Assembly: GCA_964658305.1 (NCBI GenBank)
Contig: OZ210885.1
Coordinates: forward strand, 9,858,001 to 9,922,000
DNA length: 64,000 nucleotides
Source: Leptogorgia sarmentosa
Lineage: Eukaryota
Direction of reading: 5' to 3'
Position numbers and translations under genes: made by a program
In this document: in pieces, positions 14,099 to 26,214 of the stretch
Position numbering within the stretch: position 1 is the first letter of the stretch
Layout of the letters: the number at the start of each line of letters is the position of its first letter
The notes under the pieces: generated by a model
Seen by the model: only the letters and a program-made list of their open reading frames with translations
Database searches by the model: none
Told to the model about the DNA's origin: nothing

Positions 14099-15712
14099 AA
14101 CCCTATAAGGTATTGAGAGAGGATAGAGTGAGAGACATTGATCAAACGTTTGTCTCTGTATTGAAAAGTGAAATCTTAGAAAGGCCTACAACATTTGCAA
14201 AACCGTTGATTGCAATTGTAAAGAATGCCATCACCAAGGAAGATTTTGATGAATCCAAAATTGATGGATTATCGCTAGAAGTGATGGGTGGAAACCACCG
14301 TCGTGAGGCATTGTTGCAACTAAACAAAGAAGGACAACTTAAAGACCACCCATAATGTACGCAATGGTGCGGTTATATACAGGTTTGTCAGTTGCTTTGG
14401 GATGAATTAGGGTGTTTAGGAATTTTTAATCACAAGCAATGTATGCTTCCCTTTTCTTTCCAGAAATGCCTTCTAAAGATGCATTACGATTGGCACAGTT
14501 GCATAACAGGGTAGATGCCTTGCACCACAACCTCAACACAGCTGATAAGGTACCATTATGTATAATAAGTTGAAGAGGTGTACCATAACCTGTATACGTA
14601 ATGTTTGTTTGATCTTGCCGGAAAACAATCAACAGTGTAATTAAGTTTTAAAAGACATCCTCTTGTTTATAACATAAATCATAATCTCCATATTGCAACC
14701 AATTGCAAAATACAACATTATTTTACTCTAGATGTTACTGTGCCGAAAACTATTGGTGGAGCAATTTAATAAAGAAAAGTGCCCTGAATGGAGGAGTATG
14801 TGTTCTGCCATTATTGGTGAATCAGTAAGTTTTTCTGGAATAATAATACCTTGAGAGTGAAAGTTATAGTACAAACTGGCATTTTTATTGCTATAGTGTG
14901 ATAAAACAGGGGTGCAATATTTATATTGGTATTTACTTGATAGGAGTCTACACTTGCAAATATTCTGTTTGTGTGTGCTGATGTCGGTGACAAAGTTTTC
15001 CACACATTAGTGGAAATTGCCATGAAATATTGGAAGATGGAATTGAAAAGGCAAAGAGCCACAAAGAAGGTATTGCAAAATATCAAATCCCAAGCTGATT
15101 TTCCGTATGCAAAAATAAAATGCATGAGAGGGGATGTGACTGGGGAAGAGTTACTTGACATCAATTGGGTCAAGTGAATTCACGAGAGAAGTCTTTGGCA
15201 GACATGGAATCAGACCTAATTCGGCTAATTGGGATAAAGGAGATGCGTGCATTACAATGCTTCTTTGTCAAGCATTCCAAATGCACATCCTGGCAAGATG
15301 CACAAGAAAGGTACTGTGTGCTGATAGTTAGTGATATTAATTCTTGTGACATGGAAATTGATCAGACCCTCGGTAAGAGTTATCAATCGAGTACTTGGCT
15401 TGACTGATAAATCTCCTATCTCATACAAAAATTATCAATCCTTCAATAATTGCTCCTTTTGTTTGTTATAGTTATCCGAAATTTACCAGTGAGGAGATCA
15501 TCCAAGGTTTTAGAGGCGATGTAGTTCGTGGAAAGTGCTCTGAACGCTTCAAGTCCTACGTTCAGTGAGCTATGACATCTACAGAGACTACGTTTCAAGA
15601 GGCTGCCACAGTGTTAACGACGGATTGCCTGTCTGAACTATGTCCATCTCTCCTTGATGAAAATATACCAGGATTCAAAGGGGCTGAAGTGGTGTTTCTT
15701 GATTTACCAAGG
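14099..15712 (+). pseudogene. Five-exon decayed gene with a ParB/sulfiredoxin-like domain and a C-terminal methyltransferase-like motif (exons 14099-14382, 14464-14549, 14732-14824, 14944-15310, 15472-15712)
   Basis: GT-AG introns with consistent phases; motifs LEVMGGNHRREAL, DALRLAQLHN and GAEVVFLDLPR; frameshifts near 14352 and 15163, stop at 15566. Confidence 0.7.
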
Positions 15713-15879
15713 GTAATCTCTCTCGTGATGTCTGATTTCAAGGCTGACTTAACATTACTCATTGATTTCGCAATAAACATTTGAAACTGATCAGCATGCA
15801 TGTTATAATTGGGTTGCTGATATTGTCCCATATTTCCTAGTGACTTGTGTTTTGGACATATTGTATACAGTATTGCCAA

Positions 15880-16470
15880 TGGATGCACCCGTGACATTCA
15901 CTAGGTATAATAACCGGGACGTAAGTGTATATTTAATTTGGCAGACTGTGTACAGTTGCCATGGATGCATCCATGTCACTATCTAGTAAGTTTGTCACAA
16001 ATACACTGTGCATTTCGTTTGAGCGACTATCAAGATCTTGGTTGACGTAGATGCATCCATGACATTCCCTGATTATAAGTATGTCACAAATACACTGTAC
16101 ATTTCGTTTGAGCGACTGTCAAGATCTCGGTTGGCGCAGATGCATCCATGACATTCCCAGATTATAAGTATGTCACAAATACACTGTGCATTTCTTTTGA
16201 GCGACTATCAAGATCTTGGTTGGCGTAGATGCATCCATGACATTCCCTGATTATAAGTATGTCACAAATAAACTGTACATTTCGTTTGAGAGACTGTCAA
16301 GATCTTGGTTGGCGTAGATGCATCCATGACATTCCCTGATTATAGGTATGTCACAAATACACTGTACATACCTTTGAGCAACTATCAAGATCTTAGTTGG
16401 CGTTGATCGATGCATCCATGACATTCCCTGATTATAAGTATGTCACAAATACACTGTGCATTTCGTTTGA
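15880..16470 (+). repeat. Tandem repeat, 89-bp unit, about 6 copies
   Basis: ATGCATCCATGACATTCCC recurs at 16051, 16140, 16229, 16318 and ~16410. Confidence 0.95.
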
Positions 16471-16829
16471 GTAACATTCAGTGTCAGTGACATACCAACT
16501 AAGTATATCAAAAGTGTTTTGCCAGAATCGCAGTCGCTGTCTAAAGCTGGACTGGACGCGTCCATGACATTCATTGTGCTTTTGACTGTATAATGCAGAA
16601 AACCTGCCATTTTTCTTAATCATCGTTTAAATCCGGGTGCTATAATGTAAATAATTTATTTCTGTGTGTTGGTATGGTAAATATGTACTGTTATTTCAAT
16701 ATACCTCAACTTCTGATTGCATTAATAAAACTTTCTTCAATATATTTAAGAACGAACTTTCCTTCAGCCTCATTTAATTAACAATGTAAAGTTCAGATAG
16801 CAACGACCAAATTTAAGGCTTATAACATT

Positions 16830-16872
16830 TATTACAAACGACGTTTCGGAGTTTACTCCATCATCAGGTTTT
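16830..16872 (-). ncRNA. Minimal hammerhead ribozyme in the Penelope pseudo-LTR
   Basis: Minus strand reads CTGATGA-T-GGAG-TAAA-CTCC-GAAAC-GTCGTTT-GTA: conserved core, stem II and GUA cleavage triplet. Confidence 0.8.
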
Positions 16873-17044
16873 TGCACAATTTAAAAACTACGAATATTAA
16901 TTGCGACCGTTATATTGTCGCGCGCGCAAATTCGCGTAAGCATATAAAGGAATGTTCGAGATATGGCGTAAAGAAAAATGTTAGATATGACGTGTCTGAG
17001 ATTCTAATAGAACTAAGAACTATTATTTGATATATAATTCGTAT

Positions 17045-17702
17045 CTAAACGACGAAATCTAAAATACCTAATTGTTCGTATTTGCCATTCAAATCTGGCT
17101 TTAGTTTTTGGATGAAAAGCGCTTCAGTAATTTTTCGCTGTAAGGATCCTTTGGTTTTCTTTAACTTTAACTGAAAGATTCGGCTTTACTCTAGGGTGCT
17201 GATCGTTATAGTGCTTCGAGAATGCCATGTTTTGGTATGATTTGGCTGTAGGGTTTGATGCCGAGCGATAATGTTCTTGGAATCGGGTTATAAGGGGCCT
17301 ATTTGTTTCACCAATATAGATTGCCCCACAAAGGTTACACGTCACCTGATAAACTGTGTCTTTCTGTGAGCACTGTACGGGGACGGACGAGGTTCGACAG
17401 ACTAGGCACTTTTTGACATCCTTACAGGTCTTGTCATAAGGTCGCGATTCTACAAGGAGATTCTTTAGGGAGGCTTGCGGTTGTTGAACAATTCGAACGT
17501 TAAGATTTGAACGTTGCACAGATCTTCTGATGTCATTGGTGAAGCTTCTTGATATGAATGGGATGGTGAGTGTTGTTTTTGATTCATCTTTGCGTCTTGC
17601 TTTCGTCGTTGCTTTCTTTCTTTTTAATGTTTGGATATATTCTCTGTTGTAACCATTTCGTATCGCTCGTTCTTCAAATGAAAGTTCAGCTTCTTTGAGC
17701 AA
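17045..17702 (-). pseudogene. Penelope C-terminal region with GIY-YIG endonuclease
   Basis: ORF 17124-17702; after a frameshift it continues RKITEALFIQKLKPDLN. Confidence 0.85.
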
Positions 17703-17768
17703 GGCGTCGTTAGAACATAAGGCTTCGTACGTTATTATGTTGTTGACAATGGTCGCTCTCTTTATTTG

Positions 17769-18452
17769 TTATGGGTGGTGGGATTTTGCATTTAACATCA
17801 AACCTTTGTTGGCTGGTTTTGTGTACCATCCTGTTTCAACTGTCCCCGAGTCGTTCACTTTTATTTTGGTGTATAGGAATGGGAGGAAGCCGTCTTCGTT
17901 GGGTAATTCAATTTCAAATTGGATGGAGGGGTCTTGGGAGTTGAGCACGTTTTGAATCATGAAAGCCTCGTTGAGGCTGCTTGCAGGTGTTATACAATCA
18001 TCAATGTAGCGGTAATAGAATGAAATGGACTGATCGGAGTAGATGGCTTGATTTTCAATTCTATCCGTATATAATATAGCCAGTATTGGTGCTAACCGGT
18101 TTCCCATTGCTAAGCCACGTTGTTGTTGGAAATATGTTCCTCTCCAGGAGAAACAGTTGCTTTGGAAAATGGTTTTGGTTAGGAGGACTATGTCGGGGAT
18201 AGAGAATTGAAACAGTTCAATGTTTTTCTTTTCTTTCTCCAAGTACATACGAAGGGTGTCGATAGCGGCATCGGTGTTTACACTGGGATATAGGGAAACT
18301 ACATCTAAACTGAAAATGAACTTGTTCTTCAGTTCTCCATTCTGCATCTGACGTAGAATTTGTATTAGTTGTCCGGTGTTTTTAAGATGGGCTTTCACAA
18401 ACTGTAGGAGAGGTGTGCATATCTTTTGAACAAGCCATGATATTTTATCAGC
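17769..18452 (-). pseudogene. Penelope reverse transcriptase, 5'-truncated, premature stop at 17769
   Basis: RT motifs in ORF 17769-18650; homology begins at PADKISWL. Confidence 0.88.
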
Positions 18453-18486
18453 AGGATAAGGTAAAACGAAAAAATCTTCCCAAGAA

Positions 18487-19300
18487 ATGAAATGGTTGGA
18501 CCTCACAGTCATGCAATTTCTCTTCGGCGTAATTGGCTCTGCATTTTGGATATTCTTCGTTGAGAGAAGATCTTTGACTATTTCAAAAATCCGTGACTGG
18601 AATGGCCTTGTTGTCATACTAGGAAATCTGGTCGGCCATCTTTCTGTCAATGTTTCCTACACTTTTGTCAGTTCAAGTGCGACTCAAGTTGTGAAATCGT
18701 CAGAGCCCATTTTCATGTTCTTATTCCTCAAGTTCTCTTGTCTGAAATCGCAGCCCGCCAAAAAACAAAGTACGAGTTCTCTTGTATTATTTCCAATAAT
18801 TCTCATGGTATAGGCTATGTATTTTCGTCATATGGGATATAGCGTTCAATCTTTGGGGGATTCTTGCGGCGATGGCATCAAATATCGCATTTCCACTTCG
18901 AAACATTGCTTTAAAAAATATCGGTCGACAGTACGAAAGTCCGTTCGAAAAATATTTCATATTGTCCTTCTCTGGAACTCTTTTGCTTTTCCCGTTTCTG
19001 ATACTAAAATTGATCATTCAAAACACGTCTTCACTGAATTTATCTCAATCGGGTATTGCAGCTTCAGGCTTCCACTGTGTTTATAACCTAGCTTCCATTT
19101 CAGTCCTTCAGAACGTCTCGCCATTGAACCACGCTATTTTAAATTTCTCGAAACGTATTTTCGTCATTACGCTCAACATCAAATATTTCAACCTCGCTCT
19201 GACGTGGCACATGCTCCTCGGATTGGTGATCATATTCTCAGGCCTAGCCCTCTACCTTTTCTCCCACAGCGGAAAAACCTCTTCGAAGAATTTTTTTATT
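18487..19300 (+). pseudogene. Triose-phosphate/nucleotide-sugar transporter (TPT/SLC35E-like, DMT fold) domain, frameshifted
   Basis: Motifs GHLSVNVSY..TQVVKSSEPIF, AMASNIAFPLRN, VSPLNHAILNFSKRIFVI and several TM helices; frameshifts around 18790-18870. Confidence 0.8.
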
Positions 19301-19349
19301 TTCCCATCATTGAGAATCACTCCACGAAGATGCTGCCGATTCTCCTTGC

Positions 19350-21127
19350 TTGCTGTCAACTTTGGTGTATTCGCCACGCAAGCTCAAAGAGAGTCTCAAT
19401 GAACATCCGTTCGAATTTGACGTACGTCGCGTTAATGACAGACCTTCCCCGAATCCTGTTGTAAATCGTGACACCTCACTGGTTCTGACTACAGCTTGGC
19501 TTTTTAATAAGCCAATGTCAGATGCGTTCATCAAAGACATGGTTATGGCACACAAACAAACTGGCGCATCTATACAAGTGTACTGCAGCACAATGAAATG
19601 CTTGGATACCATAAAGAAGCTAGAAAATCCAGCGATAACCGCAAGTTTCCTCGTGGTTCCAAATGTGCTTGGGAAGACACCATTAAAGGAATGGGGCGAG
19701 CGTCATGTCTTGTACAAAGTCTTAGCTGGCCTTCATTATGAATGGTACCTTACCGAAGCTTTATGTCTTGCCCATCTCTGGCAGTACGGTGGAAGTTTTT
19801 TTTTGCCTTCTTACCCAATGACGCAACGCCTGTCGGGTGATGAACAAGAAAATAACTGGCCTTGCATGTCGTTGAGATTTGCTGTCAGGGAAAAAACCGC
19901 CTTCGAACACCTCCAATTACATGTAAAGGATCAACGATTACAACAACACGTTACCAGGTTTCTTGAAAACATGAAGTCCTGGAATTCCAAACCATTGTTG
20001 CCCAGTATGTTCCAAGATACCGTGTGGAATGGGTTTTCACGACATTGTCCAAATAACACACGCTGGGGCATGATTCGTCATTCGAAGACCTTTCGTGATA
20101 TGTACGCCCGCCATGAAATGCCATTCGAACACGAACACCATTTCGGGATGTTATCGTTTGACGGCAGTCCTGGTCCCAATGTTCTTGCAAATATCGGAGA
20201 CGAGATTCAAGCCCTCGCTGGATTGCAATTCTTGCCATTTGTCGACTTCTTCTTGGACAGAGAGTACCTGATACCTCCAAACACCCACGGCAGTAAGCAC
20301 CCTGTGTTCTTTAACGCCTGGTGGGGTAACCGTAGGTTCAAATGGCCACCCCCAGAAAATATCGATCCAATGATGCTTTCTATTCACACTGACGCAAGAT
20401 TTCGTTCCGTTGTTTCCTCCTCGACAAAAGCCATTGATTTTCTAAAATCCAAGGCGCCCATTGGTGCTCGCGATATGGTCACAAAAAAATTTATGGATAA
20501 GTTACAAGTGCCATCGTTTTTCTCAGGTTGTATGACGCTGTCTCTACGAATACGAAACCCTCAGCCGCTAGAAAATCGGGACAATACGATATACATCACA
20601 GATCTGTCCAAGGAAAACATGAAATTACTGCCGGAATGGATTGTCAAGAAAGCCAAATTGGTTAGGCACAAGTTCGACTACGGTTTGCGTCCGTCGTTAT
20701 TGACACAAGAACGTTTCGTCGATGCTTACAAAATCCTTGAGAAATATTCCCAAGCTAGACTCGTGATTACACAACGAATCCACGCGGCGTTACCATGCGT
20801 CGCCATGGGAACGCCAGTGATTTTCTTCAGCGCTGCAAAAATGCCTGGAGGGGGGGCGTCGACTTCAAAAGCCACGGATAGGGTGATTGGTCTTGTCGAG
20901 TTATTCCACTCCATCGATCTGTTCAGTTTGACAGTCGAGCAAGCGAAAGAAAAGCTGCGTAAATTCAATTGGACAAACCCGCCGCGTAATCCGAGTTTGG
21001 GCAGACGAATGCAATTGGTTTCCTCGATGTGGTTAATCATTCGCAAGAACCAAGCTATTTATGAAAGTGCGCGTAGGTTTGGTATGTTACCGCTTACCCC
21101 TCAGTGGCTCACCAAAGTACAGCCTAG
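19350..21127 (+). CDS. Polysaccharide pyruvyltransferase-like protein with an upstream GT32-like segment; 3' end replaced by LINE sequence; probably the continuation of the transporter frame
   Basis: NIGDEIQALA, FFNAWW, PIGARD, FSGCMTL, LVITQRIHAALPCVAMGTPV; LWQYGG resembles the GT32 motif LYxxGG. Confidence 0.8.
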
Positions 21128-23057
21128 TACTTTGAAAAAAACCGTGAAAAAAAGAGCAGCGATATTAACTGCATTAATTACGAAACCCATCAAATTTCCA
21201 ACCCTAATGAATTGGCTGAATGTTTCAACAATTATTTCACCAATATTGGCGCTGAGATCGCCAACAGTATTGATAGTGGCGATGGAAATTTCCGAGACAA
21301 CATTATGAATATATCAAGTAAATTTAATTTTCAAACTATTTCGGTATCGAAAGTTCATAAGTTACTGATTTCATTAAATCCCTGTAAATCTACTGGAATT
21401 GATAAAATCCCTGCCAAAATCATGCGAATTGCATCTCCTGTAATTGTAAAGTCGATAACCGAAATTTTTAATAGGGCAATTCTTTTGGAAGCTGTTCCAT
21501 CTGAATGGAAGTCAGCTAGGGTTATTCCTTTACACAAAAAAGGTCCAAAAATTTGTTAAATAATTATCGCCCAATCTCTATTTTGCCCGCTATAAGTAAA
21601 ATTTTCGAAAAGGTACTATATGAACAACTATATGACTACTTTGTTTCCAATAACTTATTATCTCCTCATCAGTTTGGATTTAGACAGTTTCATTCAACAG
21701 CTTCTGCCCTTTTGGATAGTACTAACGAATGGTTCATCAACATGGACCGCGGTATGTTTAATATTGCAGTTTTTCTCGATTTGACGAAGGCATTCGATAC
21801 CATTAATCATGACATAATGCTAGAAAAGCTTAGGCTTTATGGCTTGGAAGAACCTTCGATGAACCTGTTAAGTTCGTACCTTGAGAATAGAACTCAGCTG
21901 TGCTCTGTTAATGGAACGCTATCCGGCCCAAAGCCAATTTCGTGTGGAATTCCTCAAGGTTCTATCCTTGGGCCTCTCCTATTTCTAATTTATATAAACG
22001 ATTTACCCCACAGTCTGGAATACTCGTCGCCAAGAATGTTTGCCGACGATACCATGTTAACTGTATCTGGTAAATCAATACAGGAAGTAGAGGAGGCAAT
22101 TAACCACGATCTTGCAAATGTCAAGAGTTGGCTTTGTTCAAACAAACTGTCCCTAAATCTGGTCAAAACTGAATACTTACTAATTGGATCACGGTACAAT
22201 ATCAATAACTTACTTACTGCTCCCAATGTTTATGTTGGAGATACACCAATTAATAGAGTGAGAGTAACAAAGGCACTGGGAGTCCATATTGATGAGTTTC
22301 TATCTTGGGAAAAACATGTTGATACAATTGCTAAAAAAGTTTCATCCGGAATTGCAGCGATCAGAAAGCTCAAGTCCTGTATCGATCGTGGTGCCCTAAT
22401 AGGTGCTTATAATGCACTTGTGGCACCTCATTTCGATTATTGTTGTGAAGTTTGGGACACTATTGGCATCGGGCTTTCTGACCGCTTGCAAAAATTACAA
22501 AACAGGGCTGCTAGAGTTTATACAGGCCGTAAAAACGTGCACGGTCAGTCTGAACTTGCTCTGAATGAACTTGGATGGAAGCCACTGAGCGAACGCAGAA
22601 CCAAGTTCGTAGCAAGTTCAATGTATAAAATTATGAATAATCTAGCGCCAAAAGCGTTAGCTGATATCTTTCTACAGACGCCTTCCTCCCAATATTACAA
22701 TTTACGAGGCTCTTCCACTAAGCTCTTTCTGCCTCATTCTCGCTCTGACTTTCTTAAAAAATGTCTGAGTTTCAGAGGTGTAAAATTGTGGAATAGCCTC
22801 TCAGAAGAGTTAAGGACTAAGGATTCTCTCCAGTCCTTTAAAACCAATTTCACAATGCCTGGCCGGTAATCATGTATAATTATACTGTATTCTTTTTTAA
22901 ATGTGTGTAGTGTATTTTACGTAGTGTGTCCGTGATGTAAATAACTAATTTCTTCTTTGATTTTTTTTTTTATGAATATGCACGCCCCCCTTGGAAATCA
23001 GCTCTCTGCTGTAGGGGTTAGCGTGATTAAATAAAGTTTTTACCTACCTACCTTACC
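21128..23057 (+). mobile_element. 5'-truncated CR1/L2-type LINE
   Basis: RT split over 21212-21559 and 21553-22869 (frameshift); DLTKAFD, GIPQGSILGP, FADD; 3' UTR ends ATAAAG plus (TACC)n tail. Confidence 0.93.
21212..22869 (+). pseudogene. LINE ORF2 reverse transcriptase, lacking the endonuclease, one frameshift near 21550
   Basis: Canonical non-LTR RT motifs (NYRPISIL, QFGFR, FADD). Confidence 0.9.
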
Positions 23058-23259
23058 TCAAACCCGCTCCAACGCAGCTCATTTTGTTCGAAAGGAACCT
23101 AGCGACCCGAAGTTAAATCTATTTTGCATCTTGTCCATTGACCCCTGGAAATATGTTATATTATTAATTTATTATTATCACAAAAGTTTATATAGCGCTG
23201 ATAACACATAGATCTAAGCGCTTTAGATTCATTAAAATAGCAATATCACTGGTAAAAAA

Positions 23260-23392
23260 GACAACGTCACTGGCATTATTGAACGTCCATCGAGAAATTC
23301 ACGTTGACATCGAGAACGTCATCGACCGTTTTGCAATCAAACACCCAAGGCGAATGGTGTTACTGGATATTTTAAACAGCGATCCCGACTGC
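23260..23392 (+). pseudogene. hAT transposase C-terminal (dimerisation) fragment
   Basis: LALLNVHREIHVDIENVIDRFAIKHPRRM. Confidence 0.75.
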
Positions 23393-23916
23393 AAATATGC
23401 AGCAACCCCTCGCCTTACTAACCAATTAATGCAACTATATTTTTGGAACATGAAGTACTGCAATTGCAAAAGCTGCCTGAGGTTGTTGTCACGGCAGCAC
23501 GATCGAAATTTCATAATTCAATTCTTTTGCAGCAATACTTATGTGTGCACTGAGCTAAACCATATTTTGTATTCATTCATATTTTTCTTTGTAAAGGTGC
23601 TAGCAGTAGTATAGTGCAACTACCTGAATCATGTGGTTGACATGTGGAAACTAAAGACAGCATCACAGAATATTCGGCATACTACACAAGGATTTGTGAG
23701 AATGCAACTGACACATCTGATGGCTGAAGATAAAAAAACTACTAATATTTAATACTGAAAAAACTGTGTGCATATCACTGACAGCCCAATTTCTTGCCCC
23801 TAATGTAAGTTTAAACGAGATCCCCGTCTCAAATAAAACTAATTTCCAATATTAGAAAAAAATGTGTGCATAATTGCATATCATTGACAGCCTAATCGGG
23901 TTCGACTCTGGACCAG

Positions 23917-24570
23917 GAAATATCTCGGCAGATCCAGGCAGTGATCATGATGGTAGATGACCTTTACGACAGCCAAATGGTTTATATCGTGGCAGAAGGA
24001 ATAGTGTTGTGCAATGTTACAACAAAGAAAGTATGCGATGCTTTGGTAGCCTTATTAGACACCTTCTACCTGTTCAATGTCGAACAAAATAATATTTAAG
24101 TGTAGTAATAATATTCACAATAATATTTTGGTAATTTAAGTACATATTTCAATTTTTATGCAGTATAATAAATGCTTTGCTACCAAACATAATATTTATT
24201 TTTTAATAACATTCACATAATATTATACGCGTCTCTATAGCCAAGTTGCTTGTTGTTAAGCATTTGCTCCTTAACAAAGGGTGAATCTGGTCATAAAACA
24301 GGCCATTTTGGGGGCAAAATGCCCTGCTTCCATGGGGCCAAATTCCATAAACATGGCCAATTCTAAGAATGGGGGCCAAATTGGGGCCAAAATGGGGGCC
24401 ATCCTAACAATGGGGGCCTAATTGGCCCTTCTACTAGCCAGGGGCCAAAATTAATAAACAGGTCCAATTTAGCTTAAATGGGGCCAAATTGGCCCTACTG
24501 CTTGGGCCAAAATTGCTAAAAAATAGGGCCCTATTCTTCAGGGTCCAAAATGGCCCCATTTAAGAGGGGT
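23917..24570 (+). mobile_element. Right-end relic of a CACTA/EnSpm-like element: accessory-ORF exon plus subterminal GGGGCCAAA repeats
   Basis: 23917-24099 translates as ..VYIVAEGIVLCNV..DALVALLDTFYLFNVE; many direct and inverted GGGGCCAAA motifs at 24300-24557 ending TTAAGAGGG. Confidence 0.5.
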
Positions 24571-25299
24571 TGTCTCTTATTGTCGTTAAGAGGGGTTGTG
24601 CAAGCTGTAGAAATTGTGCATTTTATGAAGTTCTGCACAAGTGTATTTACAGACACTGTATTTACATAATTTATACACATCACAAAATTTTTGGTTCAGA
24701 TTGGAGAACTCGGATTGACAGCGATTTGACTTATCATCACTTGATGAAGATATGTTTCACCTACAGCTCATCGTGGACGGACTGTTTACGGCTATTTCGT
24801 AATGTCAACCAACATTGGAATGAACTGCCAAGAACTGAATATTTCCTTAATTTGTTTCCCGATCTTGTTCTCAGAGTGTACAAAATTTGCAAGACCATGT
24901 GGTTATTTGAAAAAATTGCCAGTTGTGAAAGAATGTTTTAAGGGTAGGTATTTTTGGAGTAAATTGCATAGACTGAGGCACTTCCAATCATCAGTGCCAC
25001 GCCGTTTTGTTGCTTCGATGTACATAACTAAAGTTATTATATGGCAAGTGTTCCGAGCGGTCCGTCTGCCAAAATACGGCATTCTGATTGGTTCATGAGC
25101 GGTCGGTAACCTGCAGTACGGAACTACCGACAAAACGGTCAAAAATTCCCATCGTTTTGAGAAAAGGTAAATCGTATTCTCACTTCGTATCACGAAAAAA
25201 TATACCTTGCCCAGGAACTTTGAAATTGCTCGGATTTACTATTATACAACGTCATTATTCTCACTTCGTATCATCCTATCATCGTAAAAGTATCCTAAT

Positions 25300-25690
25300 G
25301 TAAACGAGATCCCAGTATCGAAAAAAAACACTACTAATTTTCAATACTGAAATAAGTGAGTGCATATCACTGACTGTCCAATGTCTTGCCCTAATGTAAG
25401 CTTAATTAATAAACGAGATCCCCGTCTCGAGAAAACTTATTAACTGTTAACTGAGTACGCTATGGCCCACACTATGCGTGGCAAACGAGGATCTAAATTC
25501 TCAAAACACGGACAAAAGATAAGAGGAACTGAGACGTCAGGCTTCAGTCAAGCACCTCAACCTAACAACAGAGGCACGCAGCTAGCAAGGTTGGAAGTAA
25601 AGACCACCGCCTTAGCGTTACCCCCTAGAGGACCCCGCAAACGGGCACGAACACTAAGAGTACTGCTGCCAAAATCAGGGCCAAGCGAAC
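25300..25690 (+). repeat. Duplicated segment (second copy ~27535-27912)
   Basis: Near-identical ACTGAGTACGCTATG..GAGTACTGCTGCCAAAATCA in both copies. Confidence 0.85.
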
Positions 25691-26214
25691 ACAAAGAGTA
25701 CTGCTGCCAAAATCAGGGCCAAGTGACATTGAGTGGCGGCGTGGCATTGGTTATTCACGATTACATTAACCAACAGGTCGTTGATATGTTTCATCTAAGA
25801 TGTTTACCAATCGGATTATGATGTTATGAGAGAGGAAGCTAAAAAAGAATTAGATGAGTGCAAGGAGGAGGAAGAAAAATCTAAAAAAGAATTCAGACAA
25901 AAAGAATTGTTTCTGCACTTTTCGTCTCCTCTACCACCCCCCGGTTCCAAGTACCGCGGTTCTCCATTTTTCCACGTTCAACAGCTGTTCTGTGAGAACT
26001 GTAAAAAGTGGTTTCTTGACGAAAGGGCATCAACTGAAATTTCCAAAGAAGACCTCAGTGAAATTTTATGCACAAATTGTCGCAAACCGTTGAAACCTCA
26101 AAATGAAAATGACGTCGAAGATGATGTCAAAGGTTGCATTTTGTCCTACTGGGCCCTTAATTGCTTTGTCATTCGAAAAAATAAAGAACCGTTCGTTAAA
26201 AAAAACGATTCAGG

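Larger units (their letters stand above)
16770..18452 (-). mobile_element. 5'-truncated Penelope-like retroelement (RT + GIY-YIG endonuclease + 3' pseudo-LTR)
   Basis: RT motifs SLDVVSLYPSV, QRGLAMGNRLAP, YRYIDD; GIY-YIG segment VYQVTCNLCGAIYIGETNR; hammerhead motif at 3' end. Confidence 0.92.

Noticed and set aside
15880..16470. Regular repeats as a possible CRISPR array
   Set aside because: The whole 89-bp unit repeats with no unique spacers, there are no cas genes, and the context is eukaryotic.
18453..18650. N-terminal part of ORF 17769-18650 as Penelope protein
   Set aside because: It is antisense read-through of the transporter gene; RT homology starts near 18452.
21128..21308. C-terminal 60 aa of the 652-aa ORF
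   Set aside because: Out-of-frame read-through into the LINE.
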